Below the pieces are notes generated by a model. That model made no database searches. It was not told where the DNA came from and saw only the letters and a list, made by a program, of their open reading frames with translations. A program made the translations under genes and the position numbers. DNA of 64,000 nt from an uncultured Chloroflexia bacterium (GTDB lineage: Bacteria; Chloroflexota; Limnocylindria; Limnocylindrales; CSP1-4): the NCBI GenBank assembly GCA_963849405.1, contig CAWKHG010000006.1, positions 490,350-554,349 on the forward strand. The letters run 5' to 3'. Of this stretch, positions 20,990-29,962 are shown in pieces (position 1 is the first letter of the stretch; every line of letters starts with the position of its first letter).

Positions 20990-21148
20990 CTGGTCACCTC
21001 GCTTCGTCGGGCCACGGACCGCGCCGGGTCAAGCCTGAAGTCGCCAGTGCCCGGGCGCCACTTCCCTGGTCCGTGGTCCGCACAGGGTACTCCGCGCTCC
21101 CACGGAGGCAAGTACGCGGGAGCATGGGCGGCGACTGTGCTTGGCGGA

Positions 21149-21634
21149 TCAGGCGGGCACGCCCTCGTATGCCTCGCGCAGCTTCTCGACGTCGATCTTG
21201 GTCATCTCGAGCATGGCCTCCATGGCCCTGGCCGCACCGGCCCGGTCGCTGCCGTCGAAGTAGCGCTCGATCGCCTTCGGGATCACCTGCCACGAGACGC
21301 CGTATCGGTCCTTGAGCCAGCCACAGACGCTGTGCTCACCGCCGCCGGCGACGAGGCCGTCCCAGTACCGGTCGACCTCGGCCTGGTCCTCGCAGTCGAT
21401 GCTGAACGAGATGGCCTCGTTGAACTTGAAGTCCGGACCGCCGTTCAGGCCGATGAACTTTTGTCCGGACAGAGTGAAGTCGACCGTCAGGACGGCCCCG
21501 GCGGGCGTGCTCGGGTTGTCGGCCGGCGAGCGGTGGACCTTGTCGATCCGGCTGTCCGGGAACAGGGACGTGTAGAACTGGGCCGCCTGCTCGGCCTCTC
21601 CGTCGAACCACAGGCACGGGGTGATGTTCGGCAT
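21149..21634 (-). CDS. VOC family protein (PhnB / 3-demethylubiquinone-9 3-methyltransferase-like)
   Basis: ITPCLWFDGEAEQAAQFY, LNGGP.FKFNEAIS, CGWLKDRYGVSWQV. Confidence 0.92.
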   Translation of the reverse strand: MPNITPCLWFDGEAEQAAQFYTSLFPDSRIDKVHRSPADNPSTPAGAVLTVDFTLSGQKFIGLNGGPDFKFNEAISFSIDCEDQAEVDRYWDGLVAGGGEHSVCGWLKDRYGVSWQVIPKAIERYFDGSDRAGAARAMEAMLEMTKIDVEKLREAYEGVPA

Positions 21635-21749
21635 GGTTGCTCCTCTGGGCTGGTTCTCAACGAGGCCACCCTACACGGGCGTGGGGCCAGCCCGGACAAC
21701 GGTGGTCCCCGGGCCGCCTTTCAGGACCCTTGCGGGTCCTAAGCCGCCA

Positions 21750-22022
21750 TCACGAGCCCCTTGCGGGGAGTCCCTCGCGCTCCTCGTTGGTGGCGATCAC
21801 CTGGTCGATGAGGCGCTCGATCTCCCGATCGGACAGCTTCCGGCCGGCCTCGGCTTCGATGCGCTCACGGGCCAGGCGGAGGACCTCGGCCTTCGGGACA
21901 CGAAAGCCGCCGGGCAGGCGGACGCCCTCGATCTCACCGGCCCGGATCATCCCGCGGATGGAACCCGCCGAGCGATCAAGGACCCAGGACATCTCCTTCG
22001 TCGAGAGGGTTTCATCCACCAC
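21750..22022 (-). CDS. Excisionase-like (HTH_17) DNA-binding protein
   Basis: LSTKEMSWVLDRSAGSIRGMIRAGEIEGVRLPGGFRVPKAEV; RBS GGAGG. Confidence 0.7.
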   Translation of the reverse strand: MVDETLSTKEMSWVLDRSAGSIRGMIRAGEIEGVRLPGGFRVPKAEVLRLARERIEAEAGRKLSDREIERLIDQVIATNEEREGLPARGS

Positions 22023-22767
22023 TGGATCCTCCGGATGCAGGGACGGGCTCGGGCGGACCCAGGGGCGACCAACCAAGGACGGCCTTCGCCTTCGCGTTCG
22101 AGACCGGCCCGTCGTCGTCGACGATGTTGAAGGTTCCCGGATCGCCGCGGTGATCGGCAGCCAGGAGAGCTGCCCAGGCGGCCGCGCGGATGTGCACGGT
22201 CGGGGGCTTGCCCGGTCGGTCGGTCCCCGCCCCCGGGCCGTACAGAAGGCCGTAGCGGAGGACGGTCCCCTTGATGCCCGGAGTCATGGTGACCGATCGC
22301 TCGAGGGCGACGATCCCAGGCAACGTGATCCTGGTCCACGGCGCGGTCACCCCGAGCGGATCCGCTTCGCCGTGCGGCTCCGGTCCGTGCGCGTAGAGCA
22401 TCGCGATGCTCTGGGCGACGATCCGTCCGGCACCGGCGGCGATCGCCGCTCGGACGAGGTTGGGCGTGCCGTCCATGCGAAGGCGTGCCGTCCGGGCGAG
22501 CTGTTCGTCCGTGAGCTCTCCACCGGACCCGCCGCCCAGATCGGTGAGCTGGTGGATCACGACATCGGGCCCGGCCGCGACGACGGCGGCGGCGAGCCGT
22601 GCGGCATCGAAGACGTCGACAACGACCGCGTGGGCACCGGCGGCCTCGAGGTCCGCGACCCGAGCCACCGAGCGGGTCGTCCCCGTGACCTCATACCCGG
22701 CGGCGACCAGCATCGGGACGAGTTGGCGGCCGATGGCGCCGGTCGCGCCCGCCAGGAAGATCCGCAT
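22012..22767 (-). CDS. NAD-dependent epimerase/dehydratase
   Basis: MRIFLAGATGAIG, VVIHQLTDL, LRYGLLYGPG, FNIVDD. Confidence 0.88.
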   Translation of the reverse strand: MRIFLAGATGAIGRQLVPMLVAAGYEVTGTTRSVARVADLEAAGAHAVVVDVFDAARLAAAVVAAGPDVVIHQLTDLGGGSGGELTDEQLARTARLRMDGTPNLVRAAIAAGAGRIVAQSIAMLYAHGPEPHGEADPLGVTAPWTRITLPGIVALERSVTMTPGIKGTVLRYGLLYGPGAGTDRPGKPPTVHIRAAAWAALLAADHRGDPGTFNIVDDDGPVSNAKAKAVLGWSPLGPPEPVPASGGSSGG

Positions 22768-22792
22768 CGTCGGGATCAGTCCGGCGCGATGC

Positions 22793-23482
22793 TCAACGGG
22801 CTCGTTGACGCTTGAGCGCGGCGAGGTCGACCAGGATCGGCCGGTCGTCGCCGTCCACGAGACGCCAGCGGACGCCGACGGTCGTGTCCTGGCCATCGGC
22901 GAGGATCCGGACCGCATCGAGGACGGTCGCGTCCTTACCCAGTGCCGCGATCTCCCGGGCGATCGCGAAGGAGGCCACGGCCGGGACCTTGCCGACGATG
23001 TCGCGCCGGGCCATCCCCTCCGGATCCGGGGCCCCGGCTGCGGTGAGCCGCTGGACGAGCTGTCGCGCCGCGCGCCGGTCGGCCGGTTCCAGGTCCTTGA
23101 TCCAGCGTGGCTCGGTGGGCGGTTCCTCGCGGGCCGGCGCCTTCTTCGCAGGGGTCGCCTTGGCCGCTGCCGGGCGCTTCGATGACGGGGCGGCTTCCTT
23201 CGCGGGCGCCGCCGGTGGCCGCTCACGTGCCCTGGCCAGCTGGGCGGCCAGAGGCGATTCGGCCGGCTCGGACTGCCGGGCCGCTCCGATCGCCTCCTTG
23301 GCTGCGGTCAGGCTGCCGAACGGCCCGCGGACGCGGGGAAGGCCGAGATCGTCGGTCTGCTCCGCGTCGACGACCACCCATGTCCCGGACTGCGGCTCGA
23401 TCGTGAACCGTTCGTCGCGCGTCTGCCAGCGCCCGCCGCCCAGGCGCTTGAGGGAACCGTCATCGTCCGCGGGCTTGGCCAT
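22793..23482 (-). CDS. Hypothetical protein
   Basis: MAKPADDDGSLKRLGGGRWQTRDERF...; codon style typical of the window; leaderless -10 TATCGT. Confidence 0.6.
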   Translation of the reverse strand: MAKPADDDGSLKRLGGGRWQTRDERFTIEPQSGTWVVVDAEQTDDLGLPRVRGPFGSLTAAKEAIGAARQSEPAESPLAAQLARARERPPAAPAKEAAPSSKRPAAAKATPAKKAPAREEPPTEPRWIKDLEPADRRAARQLVQRLTAAGAPDPEGMARRDIVGKVPAVASFAIAREIAALGKDATVLDAVRILADGQDTTVGVRWRLVDGDDRPILVDLAALKRQRAR

Positions 23483-23600
23483 GACGCCCACGATACCCCG
23501 GCCTTCGCGCTCGATGTCGCGCATCGTTGCGGCCGACCGTGACGGGACGAACGCGTGCATCCTGTTGTTCGACCATGCGGCGACGCCATAGCATTCCCGC

Positions 23601-24761
23601 GTGACCTCCACGCGAGACGCATCCGCGCCGGGCGCGGCGCTGACGCTCGAGCAGCTCGACGGGGACCCCTACGGTGCGCTGGCCCGCCTCCGGGAGACCG
23701 CGCCTGTCGCGTGGGTCCCGGTGCTCGATGGCTGGCTCGTCACCCGCCGGGACCTGTGCATCGAAGTCATGCGGGACGCCGGCCGGTTCACCGTGGACGA
23801 CCCGCGCTTCTCGACCGCGCAGGTCGTCGGCCCGAGCATGCTGTCGCTCGACGGCGACGAACACCGCCGTCATCGCGACCCGTTCGCCCAGGCCTTCCTG
23901 CGGCCGGAGGCGCGGAGCCGCTTCACGGAACGTGTCCAGCGAGAGGCTCGCGGGCTCGTCGACGCGCTTGTCCCGGCGGGCAAGGCGGAGATCCGCCGGG
24001 ACCTGGCCGGACCGCTGGCCGTCCGGGTCGTCGCGAGCGCGCTCGATCTGCTCGACGTGTCGCCCGCGGTCGTCCTCGGTTGGTACGACGAGATCGTGGC
24101 CGCCGTCGACCGGGTGTCCGTCGGCGGCGAGATCGGTCCCCGGGCCCGCGACGCGGTGAGCGCGCTGAGCGGCCAGGTAGCCGGCACGATCGAGCAGGGC
24201 CGGGGCGTCCTCGCCGATGCGACGGTGACGCTCGCGCCGCCCGAGGTCGTCTCCAACGCCGCGGTGATGATGTTCGGCGGCATCGAGACCAGCGAGGGCA
24301 TGACCACCTCGCTCTTCTGGCATCTGCTCAGCGATCCGGACCAGATGGCCGCCGTGCGCGCCGACCGATCGCTGGTCGTCAATGCCGTGGAGGAGTCGCT
24401 CCGGCTGGAGCCGGCGGCAGCGCGCGTGGACCGCTACGCGACAGCGGATACGGAGCTGGCCGGCGCCGCGATCAAGCGCAGCGACCTCGTCATCGTCTCG
24501 CTCACGGCCGCCAACCGCGACCCGGCGACGTTCCCCGATCCGGACCGGTACGACCTGTCCCGGCCGAACTCGCGATCGCACCTGGCCTTCGCCCAGGGGC
24601 CGCACGCCTGCGTCGGGATCCACCTGGCCCGGCTGGAAGCCCAGTCGGCCCTCGAAGCCGTGCTCGACGGGTGGCCCGGAGTCCGCATCGATGCCGGCTC
24701 CACGCCGCCCAGCGGCGTCGTGTTCCGGAAGCCGCGCTCACTGCCGGTCAGCTGGGACTAG
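23601..24761 (+). CDS. Cytochrome P450
   Basis: FGGIETS (I-helix), EESLR (ExxR), AANRDP, HLAFAQGPHACVG heme motif. Confidence 0.95.
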   Translation: MTSTRDASAPGAALTLEQLDGDPYGALARLRETAPVAWVPVLDGWLVTRRDLCIEVMRDAGRFTVDDPRFSTAQVVGPSMLSLDGDEHRRHRDPFAQAFLRPEARSRFTERVQREARGLVDALVPAGKAEIRRDLAGPLAVRVVASALDLLDVSPAVVLGWYDEIVAAVDRVSVGGEIGPRARDAVSALSGQVAGTIEQGRGVLADATVTLAPPEVVSNAAVMMFGGIETSEGMTTSLFWHLLSDPDQMAAVRADRSLVVNAVEESLRLEPAAARVDRYATADTELAGAAIKRSDLVIVSLTAANRDPATFPDPDRYDLSRPNSRSHLAFAQGPHACVGIHLARLEAQSALEAVLDGWPGVRIDAGSTPPSGVVFRKPRSLPVSWD

Positions 24762-24769
24762 CGACCGAA

Positions 24770-25246
24770 TCAGCGCATCGCGTCGCGCAGCGCCTCCTCA
24801 GCCTCGCTGTCGAGGTTCGTCTGGATCACGTCGCCGCGGTACGGCCGGAGGGCGGCCATGACCGCATCGGCTTCGGCCTGCTTCACCACGAGGAAGAGGG
24901 CCGAGCGGCCAGGGCGCAGCGTCGTCTTGACGTCGTCGATGAAGTCGCCGCTGACGCCCGTATCGAGGCTCGTGCCGACGGCCGCTCCGAGCGCCGCCCC
25001 GATCGCCATGCCAAGGGGCGGGAACGCGAAGGTCACGAGGCTGCCGATGACCGCGCCGACGAGCGCGGCGGTCTCGGTCGTGCCACTGACCTCGTTCTTG
25101 ACGTGGACGGTGCCATCCGGGTCCCGCTCGACGATCGCGGTGTCCTCGAACCGGATCCGACCGGCGTGCTCGAGGTTCCGGAGGGCCTTCATGGCGGTCC
25201 GGGCGTCATCGAAGTGATCGAACGCGATGACCATGAGCTGGTTCAC
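24770..25246 (-). CDS. DUF1269 family membrane protein
   Basis: Glycine-zipper TM pair, DTGVSGDFI..V...LRPGRSALF, VIQTNL..EAEEAL. Confidence 0.8.
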   Translation of the reverse strand: MNQLMVIAFDHFDDARTAMKALRNLEHAGRIRFEDTAIVERDPDGTVHVKNEVSGTTETAALVGAVIGSLVTFAFPPLGMAIGAALGAAVGTSLDTGVSGDFIDDVKTTLRPGRSALFLVVKQAEADAVMAALRPYRGDVIQTNLDSEAEEALRDAMR

Positions 25247-25360
25247 GCGGATCCTCCTGCGCGCCGCGCGGGAAGCCCTGGCTGGCGATCCCTGCGTCCT
25301 CTTGCGCGCGACGATCGTAATCCTCCGGCGGGTTGCCGGCGTCTGTATGCGTCGGCTGCC

Positions 25361-25975
25361 TCAGCGCCCCTTGGCGGTGATCGCCCGGCGGACGATGGGC
25401 CGGGGCGTCGAGGTGGCGGTCGCCTGGCGCATCGCTGCGACCTCGAACCCGGCCCGCCCGAACATCGAGAGCGTGCCCTTGAACGCAACCTCGGCGGAGA
25501 TCCGGCGACCGCCGGTGTCCACGGGATATGCCTCCAGCAGGGTCGCGCCGTGCGCCCGCGCGTAATCGATGGCGGCGTTCAGCAGCGCGTGGGCCACGCC
25601 CTGTCCACGCTCCGCACGGCCAACGACGAAGCACACGATCGACCAGACCGGCTTGTCGTCCAGCGGAGCAAGGACGGTCGAGCGGGACAACCGCTCGAAG
25701 TCCTTTCGCGGTCCGAGGCTGACCCAACCCACCGCGCGATCGTCCCGGTACGCGACGAGGCCGGGCGCCGGCGTCCGTTCCGCCAGCTCGTCGAGGTACG
25801 CCTGCCTGTCGGCCTTTTTCGATTTCGAGAACGCCTGGTTCGGGAGGCGGAACCAGGTGCACCAGCACTGTTTCGGGTCGCCGCCCTGGTCGAAGAGCGA
25901 CGCGAGGTCGCCAAGGCGATCGGGCGTGAGCGGCTCGATCGTCAGGTCTCCGGCCGTGGCCTTCGCTGTCGTCAC
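25361..25975 (-). CDS. GNAT family N-acetyltransferase
   Basis: CWCTWFR, VGWVSLGPR, WSIVCFVV...RGQGVA..LL, LEAYP. Confidence 0.88.
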   Translation of the reverse strand: MTTAKATAGDLTIEPLTPDRLGDLASLFDQGGDPKQCWCTWFRLPNQAFSKSKKADRQAYLDELAERTPAPGLVAYRDDRAVGWVSLGPRKDFERLSRSTVLAPLDDKPVWSIVCFVVGRAERGQGVAHALLNAAIDYARAHGATLLEAYPVDTGGRRISAEVAFKGTLSMFGRAGFEVAAMRQATATSTPRPIVRRAITAKGR

Positions 25976-26137
25976 GAGACGATGGTCGCACGACGACCGC
26001 CAGGAGTTGGCATGTTCCCGGGGGCTCGATTCGCCTTGGTCCGCCTCGGCCGTCAGATCGTGACCTTTGGCCCTGCGCGAGCCGGGCGCCCAGGGCCACT
26101 GTGGGGCCACAAGAACCGCTTTTCGAGGCGAAACCAG

Positions 26138-27244
26138 ATGACTGCCATCGCCGAAACCTTCCGTCCCGGATCCATGACGTCCGACACGATGCGCGCGACC
26201 GTGTTCCACGGCCCGAACGACATCCGTGTCGAGTCCGTCCCCAAGCCACGCCCGGGGGTCGGCGAGGCCGTCATCCGGGTCACGACGACGACGATCTGTG
26301 GCACGGACATCCATATCCTCAAGGGCGAGTACCCGGTCCGGCCGGGGCTGGTCATCGGCCACGAGCCAGTCGGTGTCATCGACGAGCTCGGCCCGGGCGT
26401 CACCGGCTATGAGATCGGCCAGCGCGTGCTCGTCGGGGCGATCACCCCGTGCGGCCAATGCCGGGCATGCCTCTCGGGCAATCTCAGCCAGTGCGGCCAC
26501 GGCGACGGCTTCGAGGCCCTCGGCGGGTGGCGCTTCGGCAACACGATCGACGGCGCGCAGGCGGAGTACCTCCTCGTCCCGTCCGCCCAGGCGAACCTCA
26601 CGCCCATCCCGGATGGCGTGACTGACGAACAGGTCGTGCTCCTCGCCGACATCGCTTCGACCGGCTTCAGCGGCCCTGAGTCGGGCGGCGTGAAGATCGG
26701 CGACGCGGTCGTCGTGTTCGCGCAGGGCCCGATCGGCCTGTGCGCCACCGCGGGCGCCAAGCTGATGGGTGCATCACTCGTCATCGGGGTCGACAGCGAC
26801 CCGGTCCGACTCGCCACGTCCCGGCGCATGGGCGCGGACGTCGCCCTCGACTTCACCCAGGTCGATGTCGTCGCCGAAGTCAAGCGGCTCACCGGCGGCG
26901 GGGCGGACGTCACCGTCGAAGCCCTCGGTACCCAAGGGACGTTCGAGAATGCCCTGCGCTGCCTGCGGCCGGGAGGCACGCTCTCGAGCCTCGGCGTGTA
27001 CTCGGGCAAGCTCGAGATGCCCTACGACGCGTTCGCTGCCGGGCTCGGCGGTCACCGGATCGTGACGACCCTTTGCCCGGGCGGCAAGGAGCGGATGCGC
27101 CGGCTGATCGCCACGGTGGCATCGGGACGCTTCGATCCGCTGCCCCTCATCACCCACCGGTTCGCCATGGACGACATCGTCGAGGCGTACGACCTCTTCA
27201 GCCATCGCCGCGACGGCGTGCTCAAGGTGGCGATCCGACCCTGA
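26138..27244 (+). CDS. Zinc-dependent alcohol/aldehyde dehydrogenase (MDR family)
   Basis: ICGTD, GHE, CGQCRAC...C, QGPIG, VLKVAI. Confidence 0.92.
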   Translation: MTAIAETFRPGSMTSDTMRATVFHGPNDIRVESVPKPRPGVGEAVIRVTTTTICGTDIHILKGEYPVRPGLVIGHEPVGVIDELGPGVTGYEIGQRVLVGAITPCGQCRACLSGNLSQCGHGDGFEALGGWRFGNTIDGAQAEYLLVPSAQANLTPIPDGVTDEQVVLLADIASTGFSGPESGGVKIGDAVVVFAQGPIGLCATAGAKLMGASLVIGVDSDPVRLATSRRMGADVALDFTQVDVVAEVKRLTGGGADVTVEALGTQGTFENALRCLRPGGTLSSLGVYSGKLEMPYDAFAAGLGGHRIVTTLCPGGKERMRRLIATVASGRFDPLPLITHRFAMDDIVEAYDLFSHRRDGVLKVAIRP

Positions 27245-27261
27245 CCCGGACGACCACTTTC

Positions 27262-27292
27262 ACTCCCCTCGTCCGATCCGGGCGGGGGGAGT
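27262..27292 (+). terminator. GC-rich hairpin downstream of the ADH gene
   Basis: ACTCCCC...GGGGAGT inverted repeat; no clear U-tract. Confidence 0.35.
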
Positions 27293-27377
27293 GTCGATTC
27301 CTGCCCACGCCGTTCGTTGTATGGGCGAAGGGCAGAAGAGGCGACCCAGACCTCCGTCCCGCAGAGGAGAACCGACC

Positions 27378-27722
27378 ATGACAGAGCCGCGCGTCATCCA
27401 CTTCGAGATCCTGGGCAATGACCAGAAGGCGCTCCAGGAGTTCTGGAGCGGCGTCTTCGGCTGGAAGTTCGACACCAGCAATCCCGGTGGCTACGGCATG
27501 ACCGATCCGGCCACCACGGGCATCGTCGTCGGCGTCGGCGAGAAGCGCGGCCCGGCCGGCCACGTCACCGGCTACGTGCGCGTCGCCGACATCAACGCCA
27601 CTGCGGCCAAGGCGGTCGAGCTCGGCGGATCGGTGATCATGCCCCGGTTCAGCGCCGGGCCGGACGCGTGGCTCGGCGTCATCGCCGACGCAGAGGGTCA
27701 CGTCGTCGGCATCAGCGAGTAG
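27378..27722 (+). CDS. VOC/glyoxalase family protein
   Basis: VIHFEI.G.D...LQEFWSGVFGW...AVELGG...DAEGHVVGI. Confidence 0.88.
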   Translation: MTEPRVIHFEILGNDQKALQEFWSGVFGWKFDTSNPGGYGMTDPATTGIVVGVGEKRGPAGHVTGYVRVADINATAAKAVELGGSVIMPRFSAGPDAWLGVIADAEGHVVGISE

Positions 27723-27724
27723 CC

Positions 27725-27784
27725 GCCCCGGCTTCGGCCGGGCGACAACCGTGGAGGCCGCCGGGTTCGACCGGCGGCCTCTTC
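27725..27784 (+). terminator. Tandem hairpins after the VOC gene (probable terminator)
   Basis: CCGGC-TTCG-GCCGG (cUUCGg loop) followed by GAGGCCGCCGG-GTTCGA-CCGGCGGCCTC. Confidence 0.5.
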
Positions 27785-27849
27785 ATGCACCCGACGCGGG
27801 TCCTGACCGATGATTGGCAACGAGCGAGCATGGACCGCGGAGGCGAGCA

Positions 27850-28743
27850 ATGAAGATCGGCGCGATCATCCCCCAGGGCTGGGTCGGTGAGTACGATGGC
27901 TGGGAGCCACTGAAGGCGTGGCAGCGGACGAGCGCGGTCGCCCGCCAGGCGGAGCGTCTGGGGTTCGAATCGATCTGGCTGTACGACCACTTCCAGACCG
28001 TCCCGCGACCGACGGACGAGATCACCTTCGAGTCGTTCACGACGCTGGCCGCCCTTGCGGCCCAGACAGAGCGCGTCCGGCTCGGGCACATCGTCATCTG
28101 CACCGCGTTCCGCAACCCCGCCCTGACGGCGAAGATGATCTCGACGATGGACACGATCAGCGGCGGCCGGATGGAGCTCGGCATCGGAGCCGGCTGGAAG
28201 CGGGACGAGTGGCTGGCCTACGGCTACGGCTTCCCGGAGACGGCGGAACGGCTTGCCCGGCTCGGGGACGACCTGGGGGTCATCAGCGCGATGCTGGCCG
28301 GGGACAAGCACGACCACGCCACGTTCGAGGGCACCCACTCCCACGTCCGGAATGCGATCAACGTCCCCAAGCCCATCCAGCAGCCGCGCGTGCCGATCAT
28401 GGTCGGTGGCAACGGTCCGAACGTGACCTGGCGCCTGGCCGCGCGGTACGCCGACGAGCTCAACGTCGACGGCTTCTCCCCCGCCGAGGTCGGTGAGGCA
28501 CTCCCGGTGATCGCCAGCCGCTGCGAGGAGATCGGCCGGGACCCGGCGACCCTTCCGGTGTCGGTGCACGTCGACAGAGCGGCGATCGAAGAGGTGGGCG
28601 CAGCACGGGTCGACCGGCTCGCCGAATACCGCGACCTGGGCGTCAGCCGGGTGATGGGCCTCGTCCGCGATTCGGTCCGCACAGATGAGGCCCTCGAGGC
28701 GCTGGTGGCCGACGCGCGCGCCGCGGGGGTCGAATTCGCCTAG
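27850..28743 (+). CDS. LLM-class (probably F420-dependent) oxidoreductase
   Basis: GFESIWLYDHF, RNPALTAKM..T.D.ISGGR.ELGIGAGW, PKPIQQPR.PIMVGG.G. Confidence 0.88.
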   Translation: MKIGAIIPQGWVGEYDGWEPLKAWQRTSAVARQAERLGFESIWLYDHFQTVPRPTDEITFESFTTLAALAAQTERVRLGHIVICTAFRNPALTAKMISTMDTISGGRMELGIGAGWKRDEWLAYGYGFPETAERLARLGDDLGVISAMLAGDKHDHATFEGTHSHVRNAINVPKPIQQPRVPIMVGGNGPNVTWRLAARYADELNVDGFSPAEVGEALPVIASRCEEIGRDPATLPVSVHVDRAAIEEVGAARVDRLAEYRDLGVSRVMGLVRDSVRTDEALEALVADARAAGVEFA

Positions 28744-28770
28744 CGGGCCACGGCACGACACCTACGGCAG

Positions 28771-28790
28771 ATAGTTGCTGAGGCAACCAT
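28771..28790. promoter_or_regulatory. Palindromic operator candidate ATAGTTGC-TGAG-GCAACCAT upstream of the LLM/FMN reductase pair
   Basis: 7/8 inverted repeat just upstream of a TAGGAT -10-like hexamer. Confidence 0.45.
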
Positions 28791-28831
28791 CGTCGTGTAG
28801 GATGGGCAGGCCACCCATCATCGGAGTCAAC

Positions 28832-29962
28832 ATGCAATTCGGAGTCTTCACGGTCGGCGACGTCACGACCGACCCCACCACCGGCCACACGGTGAGCGAG
28901 GAAGAGCGGATCAGGATCATGGTCGCCGTCGCCCTCAAGGCGGAGGAGATCGGCCTGGACGTGTTCGCGACGGGCGAGCACCACAACCCGCCGTTCGTCC
29001 CCTCCTCCCCCACCACGATGCTCGGCTACATCGCCGCGAAGACCGAACGGCTCATCCTGTCGACGGCCACGACGCTCATCACGACCAACGACCCGGTCAA
29101 GATCGCCGAGGACTACGCGATGCTCCAGCATCTCGCGGACGGCCGGGTCGACCTGATGATGGGCCGCGGCAACATGGGTCCGGTCTACCCCTGGTTCGGC
29201 CAGGACATCCGCAACGGGCATCCCGCTCGCGGTCGAGAACTACGCCCTCCTCCACCGCCTGTGGCGCGAGGACGTCGTCGACTGGGAAGGCCGCTTCCGC
29301 ACGCCGCTGACCGGCTTCACCTCGACGCCCCGGCCGCTCGACGGGGTGCCGCCGTTCGTGTGGCACGGCTCCATCCGCAGCCCGGAGATCGCCGAGCAGG
29401 CGGCGTACTACGGCGACGGCTTCTTCCACAACAACATCTTCTGGCCGAAGGACCACGTCCAGCGGATGGTCGAGCTCTACCGCCGCCGCTTCGAGCACTA
29501 CGGCCACGGACCGGCCGACCAGGCCATCGTCGGGCTCGGCGGGCAGGTGTTCATGCGCCCGAACTCCCAGGACGCGATCCGCGAGTTCCGGCCGTACTTC
29601 GATCACGCGCCGGTCTACGGCGGCGGGCCGTCGCTCGAGGACTACATGGACCAGACGCCGCTGACGGTCGGCAGCCCCAGCAGGTCATCGACCGGACGCT
29701 CGGCGTTCCGCGAGATCGTCGGCGACTACCAGCGCCAGCTGTTCCTCGTGGACCACGCGGGCCTGCCGCTCAAGACGGTCCTGGAGCAGATGGACATCCT
29801 GGGCGAGCAGGTCGTGCCCGTGCTCCGCACAGGAGTTCGCCGAGCGCCGGCCGGCGCACGTGCCGGACGCGCCGCTCCACCCGCGCGTCCTGGCGGCGCG
29901 GACGCCGAGCCAGGACGTGCTCGGCCCGACGGCCGCCCCGCACCGAACCGGTGCCCGCGTGA
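28832..29962 (+). CDS. LLM-class flavin-dependent monooxygenase (CE1758-like), frameshifted
   Basis: MQFGVFTVGD, ATGEHHNPPF, DPVKIAEDYA, PFVWHGSIRSPEIAEQAAYYGDGFF. Confidence 0.88.
   Translation: MQFGVFTVGDVTTDPTTGHTVSEEERIRIMVAVALKAEEIGLDVFATGEHHNPPFVPSSPTTMLGYIAAKTERLILSTATTLITTNDPVKIAEDYAMLQHLADGRVDLMMGRGNMGPVYPWFGQDIRNGHPARGRELRPPPPPVARGRRRLGRPLPHAADRLHLDAPAARRGAAVRVARLHPQPGDRRAGGVLRRRLLPQQHLLAEGPRPADGRALPPPLRALRPRTGRPGHRRARRAGVHAPELPGRDPRVPAVLRSRAGLRRRAVARGLHGPDAADGRQPQQVIDRTLGVPRDRRRLPAPAVPRGPRGPAAQDGPGADGHPGRAGRARAPHRSSPSAGRRTCRTRRSTRASWRRGRRARTCSARRPPRTEPVPA

Noticed and set aside
14321-22022. Prophage or integrative element suggested by the excisionase-like HTH, small Zn-finger and MuF-like Cys motif
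   Set aside because: No integrase, structural genes, att sites or evident compositional shift, and the genes are interspersed with ordinary metabolic genes.
27807-27835. CCGATGAT as a sixth ECF promoter (also CGATGAG at about 12232 and 43120)
   Set aside because: No GTC/GTT box at the 17-nt spacing.
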